From Hormiphora californensis (lineage: Eukaryota > Animalia > Ctenophora): a stretch of 64,000 bases of DNA. The notes beneath the pieces were generated by a model that was not told the origin of the DNA, ran no database searches, and saw nothing but the letters and a program-made list of their open reading frames with translations. Where the stretch lies: NCBI GenBank assembly GCA_020137815.1, contig CM035360.1:7502001-7566000 (forward strand), read 5' to 3'. The translations under genes and the position numbers were made by a program. Within the stretch, counting starts at the first letter, position 1. Every line of letters starts with the position of its first letter. Of this stretch, positions 12,801 to 33,139 are shown one piece after another.

Positions 12801-14274
12801 TAGATACTCCAAGAAGTACTTGCCATTGTAAATAGTTATCAGCAGTTATTCTAAGACTACATCATATCCCAGACACCCGGTATATATGATCTCATCCCGT
12901 ATACCTGGTATTGTGACTGTGTTTTTATCACCCGATGATGAGCTCCCATTGGAACTTCCACTTCCAGTACCACCAGCACTTCCAGGGGAGCAGCTGGAGG
13001 TGGAGGATCTCCTACTAAACCTGTTACCGCTCTCACTGGAACGCCTCCTGGTTTGTACCCGACTCTGCTGCTGCTGTTCTGTCATCCACCTGGGTGGGAG
13101 GGGTGGGTAGTGGGGGATTGCTGGGGGAAGGGGGAGTAGTGGGGGAATACTGGGAGGAGTGGGGGAGGAATGGGAGGGGAAGTAGTGGGGAATGCTAGGG
13201 GGGGGGGCAAAGATCAAAATATTCAGAACTATGGTTCGGACTTTCAACTATTGTTGAGCGTGCAAGAAATGGGGATTTTGTAAAATGATTTTGTGAAAGC
13301 GCAATTCGAAGTCTTCGAAGCCATATGTTTTGAATCATAACCGGCGTGGTCATAATTTATGGGCCACCCTGTATACTCACTGTTCACAAATGTCCACGGC
13401 AAGTTCCCTACAGCTATCTCGTTCTGTGTCCGGTAGGTCTGCCTTGCAATCCGCAGTGAATGTATACAGGATCTTGGCATCATAGAACCGACTTATGAAC
13501 GGGAAAACTGTAAAGGTGAGTTTAGTAAACTTTGGTGGAAATAATAATTAAACTTTCTACAAAATTTTGCAAAATCCTTCATTGAACTTTCCGTACTGTC
13601 ACCGAGATCCCCGTGACGCCGCACAAGAGCTGTCTCACGCCGCGACCCCATCTGATGAAAATGAAATTGGGGTATGTCGCCGCCATACAGCACAAGAAAG
13701 TCTGAACACCACCTTACCTGGTTTGATGATACCATGTCGAATCATGATCTGGTCACAGAGGAACACAGCATCCTCAGGTTTTGAAGCCCACTTCTCCTCT
13801 ATCAGACCACTAACCATATCCTTGCCAAAGAAACTGTCCTGGATCACGATCCGCCCCACTGTCTTGTTGTGTATTGTTCGGGGGTGGGGTCCCGTCTTGA
13901 AATAACTTGATATTCGCTGCAAAGAGAGAGAGGCTGTTTAGAATATGCAGGGTGTTTGGTAATCAGCAGAGTACATTTTTAGAATATACCCATCTGTTAT
14001 TTGGCCTCACACAAATTCAATAACTGAAGTGAAAAAAGTAACTGATCAACAAATCAAGCTGCACATGAGGCCGTACCTCCGAAAAGGTAATAGTTGTGTA
14101 TACCTGACAAACAGTGTTGATGTCTCGAACCATATTGATTGAGTGCTGGCTGTAGTTCAATCCTGCCCCTGCCAACTTCCTCCTTCTTCGACCAGACGGG
14201 AGACTCAACTCAGCCGGGACCCGGGGAAATATCCCCAACTCCTTCTCCCACTGAGCAGTTGTAACGGTTGTCAT
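9874..14274 (-). CDS. Tandem DEP-domain protein (DEP-DEP, DEPTOR-like architecture but no PDZ seen), about 419 aa; C-terminus uncertain
   Basis: Phase-consistent GT-AG exons 14274-14104, 13916-13718, 13507-13381, 13089-12905, 12352-12194, 11985-11883, 11500-11415, 11296-11210, 10367-10255, 9903-9874. DEP1: DSFFGKDMVSGLIEEKWASKPEDAVFLCDQIMIRHGIIKPV...FYDAKILYTF. DEP2: IPGDLLIRMV...LRMCDLMLRHGFIKPC...FYAQNINYQF. An alternative donor at 10247 would extend the gene to about 8723. Confidence 0.75.
10542..11121. mobile_element. Non-autonomous DNA transposon (Merlin/MULE-like) in a DEP-gene intron
   Basis: 21-bp TIR GGTGGGCGGACTCTAGTGCTA / TAGCACTAGAGTCCGCACACC (1 mismatch). Perfect 9-bp TSD GTTTTCATC at 10533-10541 and 11122-11130. 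Many internal GGACTCTATGTCTAAA-type repeats in both orientations and a CCCTAA tract. Confidence 0.85.
12360..12771. repeat. 21-bp intronic minisatellite, about 19-20 copies
   Basis: Unit ATRTGTTACAATGTTAGGATG. It lies in DEP-gene intron 12353-12904 and abuts the minus-strand acceptor. Confidence 0.95.
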
Positions 14275-14690
14275 CGCAGACGATCTGTAATAAAACTGAG
14301 CAGGGGGGTTTAGAAACAGTAGCAGGGACCCACCAGGAGGGAGGGTCGACACAAAGCTACACTGCGTGTTATCAAGTGGATCAAGTTTCTCAAAGCAGTG
14401 TGTTTAGAGAACGTGACTTGGCGTGGGAACTCTCATCAAGCAGTAGGTAAGTATGATGGTACCGGTAGCTAATACTAGCGAGAGGTGACAGGACGGGGAA
14501 TACTCCCGGAATATTTCAACAAGACATACGTAAGTCTGATTATTCTGGATGTGCGGCCGGGGGGGGGGGGGGGATGTAGTGATAAAATCATGTTATCTCA
14601 CGAACAATTAACTTGCAATTGTGCAACAAACAAAAGTAACTTGTTTTGGGAGTGATTAACTGAATTTAGAACATAATAAAAGCAGTTATC

Positions 14691-14739
<49 letters not shown>

Positions 14740-15036
14740 CTCTCTTTCTCTCACTCACTCTTTCTATCTCACTTTCTCGCTCTCTCTATCCCTCTCTCTC
14801 TCTCCCTATCTTCTGTTCCAAATAACTTAGTAAAGGGTTGTCAAGTCTTCTCAAGCGTACAAAAATAAACACACAAAGCAAACTACAGCAGTATTGTCTC
14901 AGTATCAACAGTGTGCCTGCAAAATAAAACGGGACTAATAAACAAGTCTTTACGGTGGCCTACTGTACCCAATACTAAAACTGAACAACCTTGGATACTT
15001 CGCCCATGTTACCCAGGAATGACTGATCTCCAGTCA

Positions 15037-22325
<7,289 letters not shown>

Positions 22326-22684
22326 TGCTAATGCAAGCCCATCATCACCCCGGACTACATATCTAAATCCTAGCTGTAAGGATGGTAAAGATGGATTGTT
22401 GATTTTAACAACTTTTAGATTCTTTAATGTTTAATGTGCCGAAGAATTCGTAAAAAGCTTCATTAGCTTCCAGTAGACTCACAGATGTGGGTACCGGGTG
22501 CTATAAGGAGTAGCCGGGGGAAGAGGGTTACCACCGATTGGTATCACTTTTCAACAGCCGTAACCAAAATTGTTTTTGTGAGCAAAATTTGCTCGACTTT
22601 TTCATTCCATTTTTCATATATTGGGCAGGAAAAATCTCAGCCCCCACTGGACCCCAGCCCCTACCCGGGCCCCGGACCCCCCTC

Positions 22685-22982
22685 CCGTTTCCGCCGGGCG
22701 CCGTTACGATCTGGGTGTTTGGTGGCCTGTTTACAGGTGCACGCTGCCAAAAAAGTTGATTCACTAAAATGGCTTTGACCGCAAAACCACTCAACCGTTT
22801 TGGCTAATTCAAAGTTTATCTGGTAGGAAATGTGAAGGCCTAACCCCAACCATAACCCTACTTTAGCCCTAACGCTGAAAAACCGTTTGTCAGCACTCAC
22901 GAAACACCCAGATTTTAAGTTTAACGCTGGCCGTTTCCGCCGGGCGCCGTTACGATCTGGGTGTTTGGTGGCCTGTTTACAG
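22685..22982. repeat. 52-bp direct repeat flanking a CCCTAA-like tract (transposon remnant)
   Basis: CCGTTTCCGCCGGGCGCCGTTACGATCTGGGTGTTTGGTGGCCTGTTTACAG at 22685-22736 and 22931-22982. Confidence 0.75.
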
Positions 22983-23310
22983 CACTCACACATCCAGATT
23001 TTAATTGGCAAACGCTGCAGCGCGGGATAAGGCAGCGCTTTTCAGAGATTTTAAAGTCGGATGAAGTTGTCAGTTCACGCGCTGGCCAGGAAACTCAGCT
23101 TCAGCTGAGTTTTTTATTTTTTATTTATGTGCGATTTTTTTCACTGCGCGGCGCGGCTCCATTCGCATCGAAATATATTTATTTGTGCCGCCGCACGAAG
23201 CACTCCATCAAAACCGCTACGCGCGTTGCATTGTACAGCCACAATATAAAAAATTGATGAGTGTTTTCTCTCTTTTTACTGTTAAATCTCCAGTTCCACA
23301 CTTCCAATTT

Positions 23311-23470
23311 CCCTAAAAATGTTCAGTATTTACACAGCGTTTACACGTCAGTGGCAGTACGCTGTGATTGGCTGAAATTTCTGACGATGGAAAATCACAG
23401 CGCAGCTTCCCACGCTACCGTAATGGCTTGACTGGTCTAAACGCTGTGTAAATACTGAACTTTTTTAGGG
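23311..23470. mobile_element. MITE with about 33-bp TIRs
   Basis: CCCTAAAAATGTTCAGTATTTACACAGCGTTTA ... TAAACGCTGTGTAAATACTGAACTTTTTTAGGG. Confidence 0.75.
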
Positions 23471-23587
23471 ATCCCTATAATTCACGGGGTCACGTCTTAC
23501 AGTTACACAGTCACGTCTCACGACAGTCTTTCTCAGTCTCAAAGGCTATTTCAGTGAAAGATATTGATGTTAATGTTATGTGCTAAC

Positions 23588-23666
23588 CTGTCAGGCCAAT
23601 GCTCTGACCACAGTTCTCGCGCGCTTTGAGAGAAATGAGAATAGGGTCAGGCCAATGCTCTGACAG
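23588..23666. mobile_element. 79-bp mini-element with 8-bp TSD
   Basis: CTGTCAG...CTGACAG termini, two copies of GTCAGGCCAATGCTCTGAC, perfect TSD GTGCTAAC. Family members at 40881-40951 and partial copies near 6880 and 7612. Confidence 0.8.
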
Positions 23667-24381
23667 GTGCTAACTGTCAAGCCTCAATAAACATCAACAT
23701 AAACATTTTGCATTTGCCATACTACGCAGTCTGTCGTTCGCGTAAGCGTCCGAGTCGCTTAATTCGACCATATATGGCAGTCCGCCAGCCAACTACAACA
23801 GTACCTCTCAAGTATCAACGTCAATATGACATCCAATATTTACTTGTAGTAGCTGCTGGGAAAAGTCCATTTGGGAGAGGCAAAATTTGACTACGAGTAG
23901 CACGTTATAAATAGTCATAATCCCATGGTATAAGTATACAACGGCTCCGGCTCCGGCCTCACGAATCATTAGTTGGCTCTTTGTACCGCAGTAGTACGCG
24001 ATGCTTGATAGTAGGTAGGCAAACTCAACTCACAACTGCAATGAATATACCCTAGCTCTCAATCCTTCTCATGTTAAATTACTAGTTAATTTTGTAAATA
24101 AACATTTTGTTTCGGCCCCTCTAGGTATTTCGATTATTGAAGTTGTTAGGACAATGATATCTTGCCTCAATACCTCAATCTCAGAACCTCAGACCTGTAT
24201 AGTACAGTCTACCGCCAGCTGATGTTTTATAGTTTAATGTATTTTATTGCTCGACCCTCTCTCTTTGCACCCCGTTTCCATTTTGTACAAAACAGGTTAA
24301 TCCCAAAGACAAAAAGTGTCCCCAGTTAAAATTAAAATCAGGTCCTAATCCCACTTTTTATCACAAGTTCCCCTGTTCATT

Positions 24382-25410
24382 ATGGACGATGACACAACTG
24401 ATAAGTACACTCTTCTCCTGTCTATGGAGCAGCGGGCACCCCTCATAATTTTTGACACAATCGCCATTCTTTTGGTGTTTTTCGGTAACGGCGCCGTACT
24501 TTACTTTTCCATCCGGTACAATGCAATCAAACTGGACAAGATATCCCTAATCTTCGTCCAAAACTTGGCAGCTGCTGATTTTCTGATGGGCATGTTCTTT
24601 GTGCTGCCCATATGGAGTAGCATCGTGGCTGGCCGGTTTGTGCTGGGTGATTTTGGGTGTTATCTCAGCGCCCAACTGCCTTTTCTCCCCTGGATTATGA
24701 ACTCTATACTTGTTTTCTCTATTACCGCGTACAGGGTTCTCGTGGCGACGAACCCATTCAGAAGAGTCTCGGTCCTGAGCGTCCGAATATTCTGTGGGAT
24801 TCTTTGGGCTGTTGGGATGTCAGTCCTCGCAATTCAGCTAGGATTTGGTTCAACAGCGGAGTTCGAGGGACACACAGGGAAATGCGTTTCCTCAATTTAC
24901 AAGGACGAAAAGACAGAAAAATTGTTCCTGGTCTATGTTGTTATCTGCCTATCTCTTACTCCCATGTGCTTCATTATCATCCTGAATGCCATCCTAGGGG
25001 TGATAGCTGTCCGTTCCTCAAAATGCGTTCGAGCGAGATCTCACTACAAAGGCCTGATCATGGTTTGCTTCTTGTCTGGTCTCTTTGCCATCAGTTGGTT
25101 GCCGTGGGGTATTTCAACAATCGCTGAACTGGCCCACCACCCAATCACTTGGAAGTTTATGCGCCTCCTCTCATACCACGTTATGATGCTAAACTGCATA
25201 GGGAATCCCATCCTGTACACCCTTACAAACCGGAGATTTGCTAGGTTTGTCACCCAGATATGCCACAGGAAGTTGACCGAGTGGAGGAACAACAAGTCCA
25301 GCAGCGAGCAGCAAACACCTCAGAATTGTGGAGGGGGAGAAACCGGTGGTGATTCCAATGTTATCGTGAATAATTCAGCGGAGCCTCAACAATCAATCTC
25401 TGTGGTTTAA
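24382..25410 (+). CDS. Intronless rhodopsin-class (class A) GPCR, 342 aa
   Basis: Seven hydrophobic segments; GN (TM1), NLAAAD (TM2), Cys at the top of TM3 with AYR in place of DRY, SWLP (TM6), NPILY (TM7), helix-8 RRF. Confidence 0.95.
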   Translation: MDDDTTDKYTLLLSMEQRAPLIIFDTIAILLVFFGNGAVLYFSIRYNAIKLDKISLIFVQNLAAADFLMGMFFVLPIWSSIVAGRFVLGDFGCYLSAQLPFLPWIMNSILVFSITAYRVLVATNPFRRVSVLSVRIFCGILWAVGMSVLAIQLGFGSTAEFEGHTGKCVSSIYKDEKTEKLFLVYVVICLSLTPMCFIIILNAILGVIAVRSSKCVRARSHYKGLIMVCFLSGLFAISWLPWGISTIAELAHHPITWKFMRLLSYHVMMLNCIGNPILYTLTNRRFARFVTQICHRKLTEWRNNKSSSEQQTPQNCGGGETGGDSNVIVNNSAEPQQSISVV

Positions 25411-25773
25411 TTTCTAAGAAACAGTGTGTTCGTAAATGGTAAAGGATGGTCCCCACCCAGTTTTGTCCAGTGTGGCTGGTTTTCTTGACATTATATATTT
25501 AATTTCGGCACATGCCACTGCCAGCGGCAGTTTTGATTGATTGGTCGGTGGGGACTATTTGCATTGAAAAACTCGGATAATCAAACTCTATAATCGATAG
25601 TAGGTTTACACGGAAACTTATTGCACTTTTTTTCTCTCTATCTTACAGTGAAGAGCCTGCATCTTAACTAACTGATATAGCCTTGGTCGTCTAAGCTACA
25701 AATTACAGTTCATATATTAACATTTCGACCGGTGCAACTCGACAAATCTGTACATCTAAAATCTAAAGCACTT

Positions 25774-26723
25774 TCAATATCTCCTATCATTGTATCGGTC
25801 AAGTGTGCTCATAATGTTGCTATTGTTCGATTGAATGTAGTAGAGATACTGGGAAATTGTTGCGTTTGGGATGCCCTGATGATGGGCCATAGACACACAG
25901 GAGGAGGAAGGTATCGATTGTTTTTTCAGCTTTGTTCGTCTGTTTTGAAACCATATCTTCACTTGCCTGCTACTCAGTTGTAGGTTTCCTATGGGCGGGG
26001 TTGGGGTTAGGTCAAAATTACAGCTTATGTTTTCGATACTGAGAATTATTATTACTTCTAAAACCCGTGATCATTGACAGAAAATGTTTAAGAATTATTT
26101 TTTCAAGGCCCCTAAGTAAAGTTTTATTATTGTACAATCCTGCAGTTACCAATGATTACCTGCTAGTTCCTCCACCTGGGCAGTGCTGAGGTAGGGTCGC
26201 AGACGGAAGTTATCTTCCATCGTCCGTAACTGTTCCGTGCTGAACGATGATCGAAATCTGGCAGGGAAGATTCCTAGGTTAATATCCTGGAATCTGTATT
26301 CCGATTCTTTAAATATTATCTCTATTATATTATATCTCAGAATCCAGCTCCCTTTGCATGACTTTTGTTATGTTCTAACCCTCCCTTTACATTTGTAAAG
26401 CAAGGTAGGTGTTTCGGGTGCGGGGCGCCCGAAACACAGTCTAGCCAGGCAAGCATGACTTACCGTTTCGTTTTCTTTTCCTCGTTCTGTTTCCTAGAAC
26501 TATAACTAGAACTGGAGGACCTGGCAGCTGGTGCTGGTGTGGGCTTCTTCTTAATCACTATACTCCCACTCTCAATCCCCTTGATACTATGTCCCACAGG
26601 GTGGTCATTGTAAGCCACCTTGTAGGACCTGGTCTCCTGCTCCTTCCGAGGATCTCTCTGGCCATCAGACTTGTTGGATTGGAGGCCGAGTATAGCAGAT
26701 ATGGAGAAGGGACTATCAAACAT
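25774..26723 (-). CDS. ANTP-class (NKL-like) homeobox transcription factor with eh1 motif, about 190 aa
   Basis: Exons 26723-26464 (MFDSPFSISAILGL = eh1), 26257-26160, 25988-25774. Homeodomain KRFRSSFSTEQLRTMEDNFRLRPYLSTAQVEELAGNLQLSSRQVKIWFQNRRTKLKKQ. Confidence 0.93.
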
Positions 26724-27441
26724 GACTGTAAAGCAAGTGAATATCAGAAAGGCAAAACGGTATAACATTTACAAGATAAATATCTATGACTAGACATTCA
26801 TATATCACTCATTAGTCGACAATCCGTGAAATAGTAGCACTCTTTACACTAGGTCAATAGGGATTGGAGTAATAGCAATTAGGGGTCACTCCACATGCAG
26901 CAATAGTGGACAAGGAGTAATGGAAAGAACCCCGTTAGTAGTGGGCATGAAGTATAATAATAGAAAGAAGTGACTCAACAGAATTGTTGATTTACTTCGA
27001 TTACAGTGAAGAGTTTCCAAGCTGGTGGTGGGTGGTGGTGGGTACTGTGTTATTAGGGTAGCCGAATGAGAGTGCTGTCAAGAGTGTCAACTAAGTGTCA
27101 TTTAATTACAATCACTTTCCCAAGCCACCTGTGCATGTCTTGCTATAATTTTATTGAGAACAACTTTAGAGCTGGGAGGTGGTGGGATAATCCGACAGTA
27201 AAGAGTCCGACACACCAAGCTATTATATAGTCGGAGCGGCCGATCCCTTTCGCCCAAACATCCCGGTAAATCTAAGCTATTATAGTTCAAACAAAAGAAT
27301 CGCTACAGACAATACTGAACCAAGTCGGTTATATTATTTTCACGCTTCACTTGAGACCAGAAGGACCAACGTCTTTTTAAAAAACGGACGAGTAATTGCA
27401 CTACGTCGTGTGAGGGAGAGAGAGCTAAACTACCTCATCCA

Positions 27442-27499
<58 letters not shown>

Positions 27500-28310
27500 C
27501 CTTTCTCTTTCTCTTTAACTCTCTCTCGAAATAGCGATAAAGGGTTCATTTGTCAGGCCAGTGTCTATAAGCGCAATGGACCCCTTTGAGAAAAGGAGTA
27601 AAGACCGCTCATGAGATACTATTAGTAGATGAATAGGGTGATCTAGCGACAACAACAAGAGCAGGGCTAAGATCAGGTCTCTAGCGACCATGTCGATCTC
27701 GCGTGGGAGGGGATCTAGATATATTGTAACTGTAGCAACAACAAGATTCTTATGGCAACCACTCCTTACCATTCTAAGTAACTGACTATCCAACTCTAAC
27801 ATCTCTCCCGTGGTATCCAAGACCCTAATTCTCATAAGCGCTCCTTTCAATCGCCACTCCGTCTCCCTCACGTGATGGTGCACGCTCCCCATTGGCTGGT
27901 TCCATCACACGTGACCTGATAGCAGCACGCTGATTGGTTGCGGCGGGTCCCGTGCTAAAAGCAGTCATCAGTTATCTCAGCAGCCACTGGGCATGGGAGC
28001 CCTAAAGTTAGTTAAATCATATATTTTGGGTATGCGGTGTTATGTACCGCGGCCCAGACCAATAGGGAGCCTTGTTGCCATGCTATCGCAAAAACATGAG
28101 ATGACCCTCTAATCGTTCTCAATTGGAGGGTACTTGAAGGAGCAGACACCCTCCACTAATATACCCAACTAGTGGTACTACAGGATAGCAAATATACCCT
28201 GAATTATATGGTACCATTAGTTTAGTAATCTGTGAGGGGCAAAAATGGGAACAAATTTGAGTGGGAAGATAGCGGGGGGAGTGAGAATGAGGGAGAGAGG
28301 GTGAGTGAGA

Positions 28311-28422
<112 letters not shown>

Positions 28423-28597
28423 GAGAGAGAGGGGAGCTAGTTGCCCCGCCCTAGTTGAATCATATAACTTGAGACATGGCTCTTGCACAGTCTGTCACAA
28501 ACGTATAATGTGCGTTTATCGGCAACTTATCAAAAAATAACAAACAATCGACCAGCATAATGTTTACCTCTAAAGTCTCCCCCATATTTGTAAATCC

Positions 28598-28686
28598 AAA
28601 TACTGGTCCCTGATTGGCTAATAACCAGTCACGTGACCTAAATAACGAGTTCTGATTGGTTGTTTACTTGTGTCGGTCGGTTCCTG
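28598..28686. mobile_element. Truncated copy of the hAT-like MITE at 51558-51673
   Basis: AAATACTGGTCCCTGATTGGCT.ATAACCAGTCACGTGACCTAAATAACGAGTTCTGATTGGTTGTTTACTTG..TCGGTCGGTTCCTG is shared with 51578-51673. Confidence 0.8.
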
Positions 28687-29655
28687 AAATCCAGATTAAA
28701 AATGTCTGCTCAGTTACAAAAAGGCTGGAAAATATAACGTTGGATCGTTTATCAGACTACGGTTCTAATAGTCAATGTTGCCCAGGTGACAGTACTCTGA
28801 TCTTGACTTGCTCTGAACTCGAATAGGATGACCGATTTCCACAAAGATTTCCACCCTCCCTCCTTTTTATCTTTTACTGACTCTGATATCTCACGCATCT
28901 TACAGATAGCCAGTTCTGCAAAAAGCCTGTCAGAGAGATACGAAATATACGCCATTATTCAGGCCAACATCCACGATTTGTCACCCTTCTAGCTTTGTCC
29001 TTTGCCGCAAATGAACAGCCTACCGACTGGAGATGTGGAGAAGATAGATAGTTAGGAGAGAGATAGGTTAGGGGAGAGAGAGAAAGATAGAAGGAAAAAT
29101 TTCTGGACGAATTTCCGTAGCCAGGGTCTTGAACGCAGTCTAGCGGGAGATCGACATGGCTCAATCTCAGTTCGTTTGTAAAGCGAAGACCGCTGTCAAC
29201 TGCTCTCATACTATAGAAATAAAGATATGGCGAGAGAGAGAGGGAGAGAGAGAGAAACTAGATCATGACTGAAGATTGTCATGATAGTGATAAATGGCTA
29301 CAGGTTAACAAAGTGATACTAATATAAAACAAGACCCACCGGCACCAAACTGTCGGTAGGATCCTAATTTCAAAGAAAATCAATAGAACATGCGAGGGCA
29401 TTTTACTTTTCCGCCGAATATAGGGAACACTTAGCTAGATCTTGGAGTTTTTTATACATTTAGCATTTAGGGTAAGCAGGAGATAGTATTTTTGCAGGAT
29501 CTATCTCTAATTCTTCTTCTCCTCGTTTCTGACGCGATCAGTGCCCCCACTCATTCCCCCTGGGAGCTATGATTTGTGCGGATAGTTAGAGTCATTACTG
29601 AGCCCCGTATGACACCCACCCTTTTTGGAGTCTAGCATAACTAGTCTGAGAAAGA

Positions 29656-29745
<90 letters not shown>

Positions 29746-31664
29746 TGATGAGAAACATGAGGTATTATTGAGATGGAAGGACTCAGCTGTCTGGGATTGT
29801 AATGGCTCCAATGATAGTAGCACGATATTTCTATCTCTCTATCTTTCTGCTAACTTCTTTGCATGATATAGACAGCATATCTAGTAGATATTATCTACTC
29901 TATCTATCTTTACTTTCCTCTATTTCTCTATCATTTATCGGTCTCTAATCTTGACAATTCCATCGCCGATATGTGTTCTACTAACTCAATTTTCCAAAAA
30001 TAGATCGAAGGATGAAAAGGATTATAGCTGCCAGCAGGATGATTTCAGAGGGAGTGATACGGGGGAAAAGAAGGTTATTGTGCCTGCATGTCCCTTTTCA
30101 TCACCAATTCCAGCTGCAGAATGATAGATCATAGAACTGTTATTATCCTCATGTTTCCACAGGTATAGTGGAGCTGGAGAGTGGAGAATGGTTAGGAGGC
30201 TGGAGAGACGAGAGGGTTAATGAAAAGGAAAGCTATGTTGCACCAGTGGAATGGCAACGACATACCGGATCTTGAAGCCTCTCGTATTCTCACAAGAGAA
30301 CTGCAAAACCTGAAATCTGAGTGTCTGTCCTGGAGGAGTGATCGTGTCTCAGGTGAGATGCAGATCATGAACCGTGTGTTTGGTGTAACGCGCGGTGTCA
30401 ATTAACTGATTAGGATGGCGCAGGTGTTACCCCTCCCAATTGACAGATTTAGGTTGATTCATTTCCTTATCAATTCCGAGTTATAGGAGACAATCGATTG
30501 TACTGAATACTGACCAATCTCAGAACAAATCTAGAGTTGTCCTGTGTCATTGTAATTCCTTTTGTTGTTTTAAACAATCGACTAGCACATACAAATTATA
30601 CCAATCTCCCCGATCCCCATTCTCGAATCCACCGCCATTGTTCACCCCCAGTATTAGAATCCACATTCCAACTGTTTAGTGAACGACAATTTATAGTTTG
30701 TTGATCTTCCCTATATAGGTAAAACAGGTTCCACGTGCAGTTAGAATTCGATGATGATCGTTCATTTATATTTAGTATTTAATGTATTTATTTATCTGTT
30801 ATTATCATGGTCTGTATAATCCCCAGCTGTCTACTCCAGCTCCAGTGTGCAGTACTAGTACGGTAGTTGCAACACCGGACAGAAACACACAGAAGTAGAT
30901 GTAAGCTCACAACACACACACTCCCTGCAAATATCTCTTGTAATGTCTCACTCTCCACCATCTGTTGTTGTATCTACTGATAAACCTAACCCGACCCTCT
31001 CACCCATCCCTGGCCCCCCGCCCCCCGAGGAAACAGAGGTTAGAGAGACTTATTATGCTGGTTTAGTAGTAGCACCTTTTTTAGATTTATGTTGTAGAGA
31101 GGTTGTATTAGTCTGGTAGCAGGATGATTTTTAGCATGGATCTCACATGTTCTAAGAACAGTATTCTCACTTAGATATTACTTTTAGCAATAATCACACT
31201 AGAAAGTACCCTCGCCATTTTTGCCGATATCAGAAAGCAATATTAAGTCTAGGTACATGATGTACAGTTGAGCTGCCAATATTCTCTGACTATCTCTCTC
31301 TGTCCTCCCTCTCCCTCTCTGTCCCCCTTTCTGTCTCTCTGTCTCTGATGTAACGTGTAATTTTGCAGTCTCACAGCAGCCTATATAGCTTTCTATCGGT
31401 TACCCCTCGTGTTGTAGGTTTTTATATTGGGTGATCTCCAAAATGTCCTTGTACTATTTATTATCTAAAGACAGTCCCAGACAGTGTAGATTGAGCCTAG
31501 TCTGTAACACTCTGTAACACAGACTGTGTTCTATACTCTGTACGTTGTTCTGTATTGTCTCAGTTTTCCTCACATTACACTATATCTTGTAGCCTGGTGT
31601 TGGAGAAGCAATCAACAGGATACTATTCGGATCTGAGCAACAACAACAGCCCAGTGTCACCAAC

Positions 31665-32851
31665 ATGGAACCAAGTCCTGCTAAACCCTCCCCTCCCTCT
31701 ACCCTACCACCAGCGAACCCGTGAGTCTAGTGGGGCAGCATTTGCTGTAGAAATAAGAGCTTGGTTACCCCTGTTTGTTAACCCGTTATTGAACCGTTTA
31801 TTTTCAATTTCATAGTAAGTTTACCTGTGTATATCTTGTTCAGGATTCCAGCGGAGAAGGTTGATTTTACGGATATCCACATATCTCCTGACCAGGCTCC
31901 TGCCGCCGCTCCACATGTTGTGAGTTGATCATTCATCTAACTAACTGGAATATAGGGAATTGTTATTTGTTAGTTTCTTTAATTATACAATGTCATGTAA
32001 GCACTATATATCCTGCAGGGACTGGGGCCATCAATGTACTACACTAGAGCAGAAATAGAGGCTGACGAGGCAAAACCTCCTAGTGAAGACGCTCAGGTGA
32101 GAGAAACACTTTGATAGAATTTCGAGCTCGAAAACACATATACCTCGATCGAGGTCTAGGTGGACTCATTTCCTTGTTGAATTAAGTTACTTTTCTAGTG
32201 CGGACACAGTGTCAGGCGACTCAAATTCCTTGACATACCAAACCATGAAGCCATCATCTTATTTTCTTGCAGGTTATAGAACTGGTGAAATGGGTTCCTA
32301 CCTTACCCCAGTTGTTTGTGTACCTGTCCCTGACTCAGTTTATTGTCAACTTCTTCTGGTTTATAGCAATCTGCACAGAAACTACTGGAGTTGGCTATCT
32401 AGCTCCTAACGAAAACTGGTTCAAATATACCGCTTGGTAAGGAGATTACAAACCGTTTCACCGTCATCGATTTATAATGTTTCCACGCCCCATATACCAA
32501 ACTGCTATTGTATGAAATATTAATATTATTATTCTGTTCAGGGTGTTTTTGGGAATAATGACGATTCTGGACTTCTTATACAACTACCTCCTAAAGCATT
32601 CCTTGATTCACGCCCTCGTGTCTACTGTTTTCTCTTTCTTCGTCTTCATCACATACTTCTACGCTCCTCTAACCTCATCGGACAACAGCAGGGCGTACCA
32701 AGCTACATTTACCTTTTTCCGAGGTCTCTTTCTCCTCCTGATCATGGCCCTTTACAGTCTGGCATATCGCCAGGACATTGTTCCTCCCCGAGATCACCTT
32801 CCTGGACCGGTGCGAAACTTTGTGGTGAAACATCGCCTTGATATGGAATAG
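31665..32851 (+). CDS. Uncharacterised protein, Pro-rich N-terminus plus four transmembrane segments, about 227 aa
   Basis: Phase-consistent exons 31665-31720, 31844-31919, 32019-32096, 32273-32436, 32542-32851. TMs: LFVYLSLTQFIVNFFWFIAI, YTAWVFLGIMTILDFLYNYLL, LIHALVSTVFSFFVFITYFYA, ATFTFFRGLFLLLIMALYSLAY. Start codon uncertain (upstream exons 30220-30352 and 30827-30900). Confidence 0.75.
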
Positions 32852-33139
32852 GACATATGCAGTTAGTGAAACTAAAAGTTGTTGAGAGCTGTCAGGTTAT
32901 GAACAATTCAAAAATGGAAGATATGTTTTATGAGAATTTAATTGACTCATTTCTCAGGAATTCCGAATTCGTCACTATTGACTTGCGTGTTGAATGGTAA
33001 CGTACACGTATTTAAATCATATTCCTAGAACTTTGTTTTGTTGTTGCAGTCGATAATATCGACTCGATATCCTTCTGTATTTGGTTTATGTTCTTCTTTG
33101 TAAATATGTGTATGTTTCATTTTGACCTTTCTCTGACTT

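Noticed and set aside
12360-12803. 147-aa (MCYNVRM)n ORF as a repeat protein
   Set aside because: It is antisense to, and inside, a DEP-gene intron, and is open only because the unit is 21 bp.
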